Assembly: GCA_014728525.1 (NCBI GenBank)
Contig: WJLJ01000017.1
Location: forward strand, 1 to 42,308
Direction of reading: 5' to 3'
Source of the DNA: Candidatus Babelota bacterium
GTDB taxonomy: Bacteria; Babelota; Babeliae; Babelales; UASB340
Length of the DNA stretch: 42,308 nt
Each line of letters starts with the position of its first letter. The stretch's first letter is position 1. The notes under the pieces were generated by a model. The model saw nothing but the letters and a program-made list of their open reading frames with translations. It ran no database searches and was not told the DNA's origin. Below are positions 39,106-42,308 of this stretch, in pieces. A program made the translations under genes and the position numbers.

Positions 39106-39495
39106 ATGGCTCGTATTGAAGGTGTACATTTACCTAATAATAAGCGTGTTGAAGTAGGCCTTACCTATCTTTATGGTATTGGGCTTAAAAGATCACAAGA
39201 TATTTTAAAAGCAACTAAAATTGATCCTAGTATTCGAATAAAAGATTTATCTCACGAACAAGTTGGTTCGATTCAGAGATTTATTTCAGAAAATTATAAA
39301 GTTGAAGGCGATTTAAGAAAAGATGTAACTTTAAACATAAAGCGTCTTCAAGAAATAGGTTCTTACAGAGGATTAAGACATAAAAGGTCTTTGCCTGTTC
39401 GTGGTCAGAGAACAAAGACTAATGCCAGAACACGTAAGGGACCTAAAAAAGCTGGCGGACAAATAACACTAAAAAAACCTGTTGCTAAGAAATAG
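39106..39495 (+). CDS. rpsM: 30S ribosomal protein S13
   Basis: [26 protein letters not shown] ... [29 protein letters not shown]. Confidence 0.97.
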   Translation: MARIEGVHLPNNKRVEVGLTYLYGIGLKRSQDILKATKIDPSIRIKDLSHEQVGSIQRFISENYKVEGDLRKDVTLNIKRLQEIGSYRGLRHKRSLPVRGQRTKTNARTRKGPKKAGGQITLKKPVAKK

Positions 39496-39521
39496 TTTCA
39501 AATAGGTATCAAGAGGAAAAA

Positions 39522-39905
39522 ATGGCTTATAAAAAAAGTAAAAAGCGACAATTAAAAAATATTGATACTGTAATTGCTCATGTAAGTTCTACATTTAATA
39601 ATACTATTGTATCTATTACAACAACTGATGGAGATGTTCTTCTAAGAGGAAGTGCAGGACAATTAGGTTTTAAGGGAGCAAGAAAGGGAACTCCTTTTGC
39701 TGCTACACAGATAGCTAACAATTTAGCAAAAGATATGCAAGCAATGGGTGTAAGATTGGTGGAGGTTAATTTAAGAGGGCCGGGTTCCGGAAGGGATTCT
39801 GTTGTAAGAGCATTACAATCTTCCGGTTTGACGGTTACTGTTTTAAGAGATGTAACGCCATTACCTCATAATGGATGTCGTCCTCCAAAGAAAAGAAGAG
39901 TGTAA
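39522..39905 (+). CDS. rpsK: 30S ribosomal protein S11
   Basis: [22 protein letters not shown]...[13 protein letters not shown] ... [18 protein letters not shown]. Confidence 0.97.
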   Translation: MAYKKSKKRQLKNIDTVIAHVSSTFNNTIVSITTTDGDVLLRGSAGQLGFKGARKGTPFAATQIANNLAKDMQAMGVRLVEVNLRGPGSGRDSVVRALQSSGLTVTVLRDVTPLPHNGCRPPKKRRV

Positions 39906-39978
39906 TTTAAGATTGATAAAAGAAAATTAAAAAATTGTATTAACGAGTTAGAATTTTAAACGGAATAGGTGTTCGGTT

Positions 39979-40617
39979 ATGAATAATAATTCAGCGGTCT
40001 GTAGAAAATGCCGAGGAGCTGGTGAAAAATTATTTTTGAAGGGGTCAAAATGTCGTACGGCAAAGTGTCCTATTGAGAAAAGAGGAACCACCCCAGGACA
40101 ACATGGTAAAAAACCAACAATGCGTAAGCTTTCTGAGTATGGAAAACAATTGGGAGAAAAACAAAAAGTTAAATTAATGTATAGGGTTTTAGAAAGACAA
40201 TTCAGACGTTTTTTTAAACATGCTTCTAAGCTTAAAGGTGCTACGGGTGAAAATCTATTATCTTTGCTTGAACGTAGATTGGACAATGTTGTTTTTCGTT
40301 TAAAAATGTCTTTTTCTAGGGAGCAAGCAAGGCAATTTATTATTCATGGTCATATTAGTGTAAATGGAAAAAGAGTTACATCACCTTCATTTATTGTAAA
40401 AGAAGGTGACGTGATAACTTTATCTGAAACAACTTTAAAAAATGATGCGTTTGTAAAAGGCGTTGTAGATAAAAGAATGAATATAGGAATAAGACTTCCA
40501 GAATGGTTAGAGTTAGATAAAAAAGAAAGAAAGGGAACAGTTTTACGTTTACCTGTTCGAACAGATGTAACTACTCCTATTGAAGAGCGTTTAATTGTTG
40601 AGTTGTATTCTAAGTAA
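39979..40617 (+). CDS. rpsD: 30S ribosomal protein S4
   Basis: CRKCRGAGEKLFLKGSKCRTAKCPIEKR zinc-knuckle-like N-terminus. S4 RNA-binding domain LERRLDNVVFRLKMSFSREQARQFIIHGHISVNGKRV. Confidence 0.95.
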   Translation: MNNNSAVCRKCRGAGEKLFLKGSKCRTAKCPIEKRGTTPGQHGKKPTMRKLSEYGKQLGEKQKVKLMYRVLERQFRRFFKHASKLKGATGENLLSLLERRLDNVVFRLKMSFSREQARQFIIHGHISVNGKRVTSPSFIVKEGDVITLSETTLKNDAFVKGVVDKRMNIGIRLPEWLELDKKERKGTVLRLPVRTDVTTPIEERLIVELYSK

Positions 40618-40653
40618 AAGTTAAAGTTAATCATTAGAAACTTTGGAGGCCTA

Positions 40654-41712
40654 ATGCTAGATAAGGTATATAAACCGTTGATACTTCCAACTGTAAAGTG
40701 GGAAAAAAAGACATTATCTGATACTCTTGGAGAACTTGTTGTTCAACCGTTAGAACCGGGATTTGGAATTACTTTAGGTAACGCTTTGCGCAGAGTTATT
40801 TTGGCTTCAGTTGAAGGATCTGCCGTGACAAGTGTTATTATAAAAGATGTTAATAACGAGTTTTCAACGGTAAAAGGTGTTATTGAAGATACATTGCAAA
40901 TTTTATTAAACATTAAGCAAATAGTTATAAAAAACACAACAGGAAAACCCGGAAAAATGCGTTTGAATGTTAAGGGTGAAAATGTTGCAAAGGTAGAAAA
41001 CATTCAAGCAGATGATCATCTAGAGCTTATAAACAAAGATCATATCATTGCGCATTTGGCTCCCGATGGAGAATTAGACATAGAGTTTTTTGTTGAAACC
41101 GGCAGGGGGTATCAAGCTGCAAAATGGCCGGTTGGTCAAGCTTTACAACAGGATGGAAGAATATATTTGGATGCTATGTTTTCTCCTATTAAAAAAGTAG
41201 AAGTTTATACGGAAAAAACTCGTGTTGGACAATCTATTGATTATGATAAATTAATTTTAACCGTTGATACCAATGGTGCTATTTCTCCTGTTGATGCAAT
41301 TCATTACGGTGCTTCTGTTTTAAGAACTCAATTAGATCACTTTTTACATACGGATGAAATCCCATTTAATGAGATTTCAGAGGCAAAAGAAGACGAAAAA
41401 GAAAAAGAAGCAATGCTTGATGTCCAAGGTCCAACAAAAGGCTTACCGGTTGATTTATTCTTAAAGCCAATTGATGAATTAGAGTTTTCTGTAAGAGCTC
41501 ATAATTGTTTAGTTGTTGCGGGAATAAAAAGAGTTATTGATTTGGTAAATCTTACAGATGATGATTTATTAAAAATTAAAAACTTTGGAAGAAAATCTTT
41601 AAGAGAGGTCAAAGAGATTCTTAATGCATTTGGTTTACATCTAGGAATGAATGTAAAAGAATTGGATCTTAAAAAAGTTATTAAAAAACAAGAGGATAGC
41701 TTAAAATCATGA
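40654..41712 (+). CDS. rpoA: DNA-directed RNA polymerase subunit alpha
   Basis: PLEPGFGITLGNALRRVILASVEGSAVTSV (N-terminal domain). C-terminal domain ELEFSVRAHNCLVVAGIKRVIDLV...NFGRKSLREVKE. Confidence 0.96.
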   Translation: MLDKVYKPLILPTVKWEKKTLSDTLGELVVQPLEPGFGITLGNALRRVILASVEGSAVTSVIIKDVNNEFSTVKGVIEDTLQILLNIKQIVIKNTTGKPGKMRLNVKGENVAKVENIQADDHLELINKDHIIAHLAPDGELDIEFFVETGRGYQAAKWPVGQALQQDGRIYLDAMFSPIKKVEVYTEKTRVGQSIDYDKLILTVDTNGAISPVDAIHYGASVLRTQLDHFLHTDEIPFNEISEAKEDEKEKEAMLDVQGPTKGLPVDLFLKPIDELEFSVRAHNCLVVAGIKRVIDLVNLTDDDLLKIKNFGRKSLREVKEILNAFGLHLGMNVKELDLKKVIKKQEDSLKS

Positions 41713-42065
41713 AACATCAAATAGGTAAAAGAAAACTTAGTAAAAGGTCTCCGCATAGAAAGGCATTGCTTAGAAATCAAGCAATCCATTTTATTAAAAA
41801 TGGAGCTTTGCAAACTACTAAGATTCGAGTAAAAGAAGTTCAAAAACTTATAGAAAAGACTGTTACTATTGCTCGAAACGGTTATGATTTTAACACCATA
41901 AGGCGAGTAAAAAAGATTTTACCATACGATTTTAAGATGGTAGAAAAATTAATAAAGGAAATTGCACCAAAATATGTAGATCGTCCCGGCGGATATACAA
42001 GAGTTATTCCTATGGGAAAGAGACCTAGTGATACTGCAACAATAGCTCGTCTTGAATGGGTTTAA
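41709..42065 (+). CDS. rplQ: 50S ribosomal protein L17
   Basis: KLSKRSPHRKALLRNQA ... DRPGGYTRVIPMGKRPSDTATIARLEWV. ATGA overlap with the rpoA stop. Confidence 0.95.
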   Translation: MKHQIGKRKLSKRSPHRKALLRNQAIHFIKNGALQTTKIRVKEVQKLIEKTVTIARNGYDFNTIRRVKKILPYDFKMVEKLIKEIAPKYVDRPGGYTRVIPMGKRPSDTATIARLEWV

Positions 42066-42100
42066 ATTTGTAAATTTTTAAATTTTTTATATAAATTTTA

Positions 42101-42133
42101 GGAGATCAGTTTTAAAGCTGGTCTCCTTTTTTT
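42101..42133 (+). terminator. Rho-independent terminator ending the alpha operon
   Basis: GGAGATCAG-ttttaaag-CTGGTCTCC, a 9-bp stem with one G.U pair, followed by a T7 run. Confidence 0.8.
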
Positions 42134-42308
42134 ATTGGCAGGACAAAACCATCGATGAGATCACAAATGTGAAGCAACATTGTTGCCGAGCTTAGTAATT
42201 TATAAAAAGCCGTAAAAATACTATGCTTTAACTTGCAACTATGAAAAATGCAATATTTTATATTGCAGCAAAGTGAAGCTTATAAGGTATTTAAATTATT
42301 CTTTAGTC

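Noticed and set aside
2144-41843. About 27 ORF-track entries of 60-114 aa lying antisense to, or out of frame within, well-supported genes. Examples: 2144-2377, 3317-3532, 5016-5201, 6357-6617, 8471-8734, 12751-13014, 16432-16677, 21051-21317, 24202-24438, 26408-26659, 31309-31578, 35566-35808, 39948-40286, 41499-41843.
   Set aside because: Each is fully embedded in a gene with strong motif evidence. Their translations are low-complexity (Phe/Leu/Ile/Ser-rich mirror images of Lys/Glu/Asn-rich codons). None has a convincing Shine-Dalgarno or a recognisable domain. They are expected by chance given this AT bias and sparse stop codons on the antisense strand.
23300-42065. Higher G+C of the ribosomal/EF cluster relative to the left half of the window, considered as a sign of horizontal acquisition.
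   Set aside because: The shift tracks protein conservation and expression level. fusA and tuf are the richest. LptD, TolB and the other poorly conserved genes are the most AT-rich. This is the normal pattern in AT-biased genomes, and gene order is the universal str-S10-spc-alpha arrangement.
42136-42290. Minus-strand open stretch at the right end, considered as the 3' end of a gene entering from beyond the window.
   Set aside because: An in-frame TAA closes the frame inside the window. The only ATG would give a 22-aa peptide running into the rplQ terminator hairpin, with no Shine-Dalgarno and no homology.
1-42308. Looked for mobile elements, prophage genes, CRISPR arrays, restriction-modification or other defence genes, toxin-antitoxin pairs, tRNA/rRNA genes and alternative genetic code usage.
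   Set aside because: There are no transposase, integrase or recombinase-like ORFs other than RecR. There are no spaced direct repeats, no tRNA-like T-arm or acceptor signatures in the intergenic regions, and no paired small ORFs. All conserved genes read through without in-frame stops under the standard code.

Overview
This 42.3 kb window is AT-rich bacterial DNA (about 30% G+C by eye, not computed) and is almost entirely core housekeeping genes. Conserved genes read through without in-frame stops, so the standard bacterial code applies.

Gene content, left to right:
- A 5'-truncated CCA-adding enzyme.
- A minus-strand block: truB, tolQ-tolR-tolA-like-tolB, ftsH, rpmB, rpsT and a VOC-fold gene.
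- A small accessory-looking patch at 8.8-12.5 kb: a membrane-anchored SAM methyltransferase, a MerR regulator, biotin carboxylase plus a BCCP-domain ORF, and an orphan secreted protein.
- A tightly packed plus-strand run: yidC-recR-lptD-pepP-pyrG.
- rplM, lpxC and rseP.
- An uninterrupted 19 kb str-S10-spc-alpha ribosomal supercluster from rpsL to rplQ. It includes fusA, tuf, secY, map, infA and rpoA. It also includes rpmJ, which is too short to appear in the ORF track.

LptD, LpxC, Tol proteins and a YidC with a large periplasmic domain indicate a diderm. The AT richness, compact heterogeneous operons and missing rpmD and adk fit a reduced-genome lineage. Dependentiae/TM6-like is a guess I cannot verify.

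I found no rRNA, tRNA, CRISPR array, transposase, integrase, phage gene or recognisable defence or toxin module. I do not see convincing evidence of a novel multi-gene system here. The most unusual locus is the split BC/BCCP pair with an overlapping MerR gene and no carboxyltransferase nearby. The other findings are modest gene-order, overlap and small-structure observations.

Several ORF-track starts are upstream over-extensions and have been corrected (rpmB, pepP, pyrG, lpxC, rpsG, rpsJ, rplF, secY, infA).
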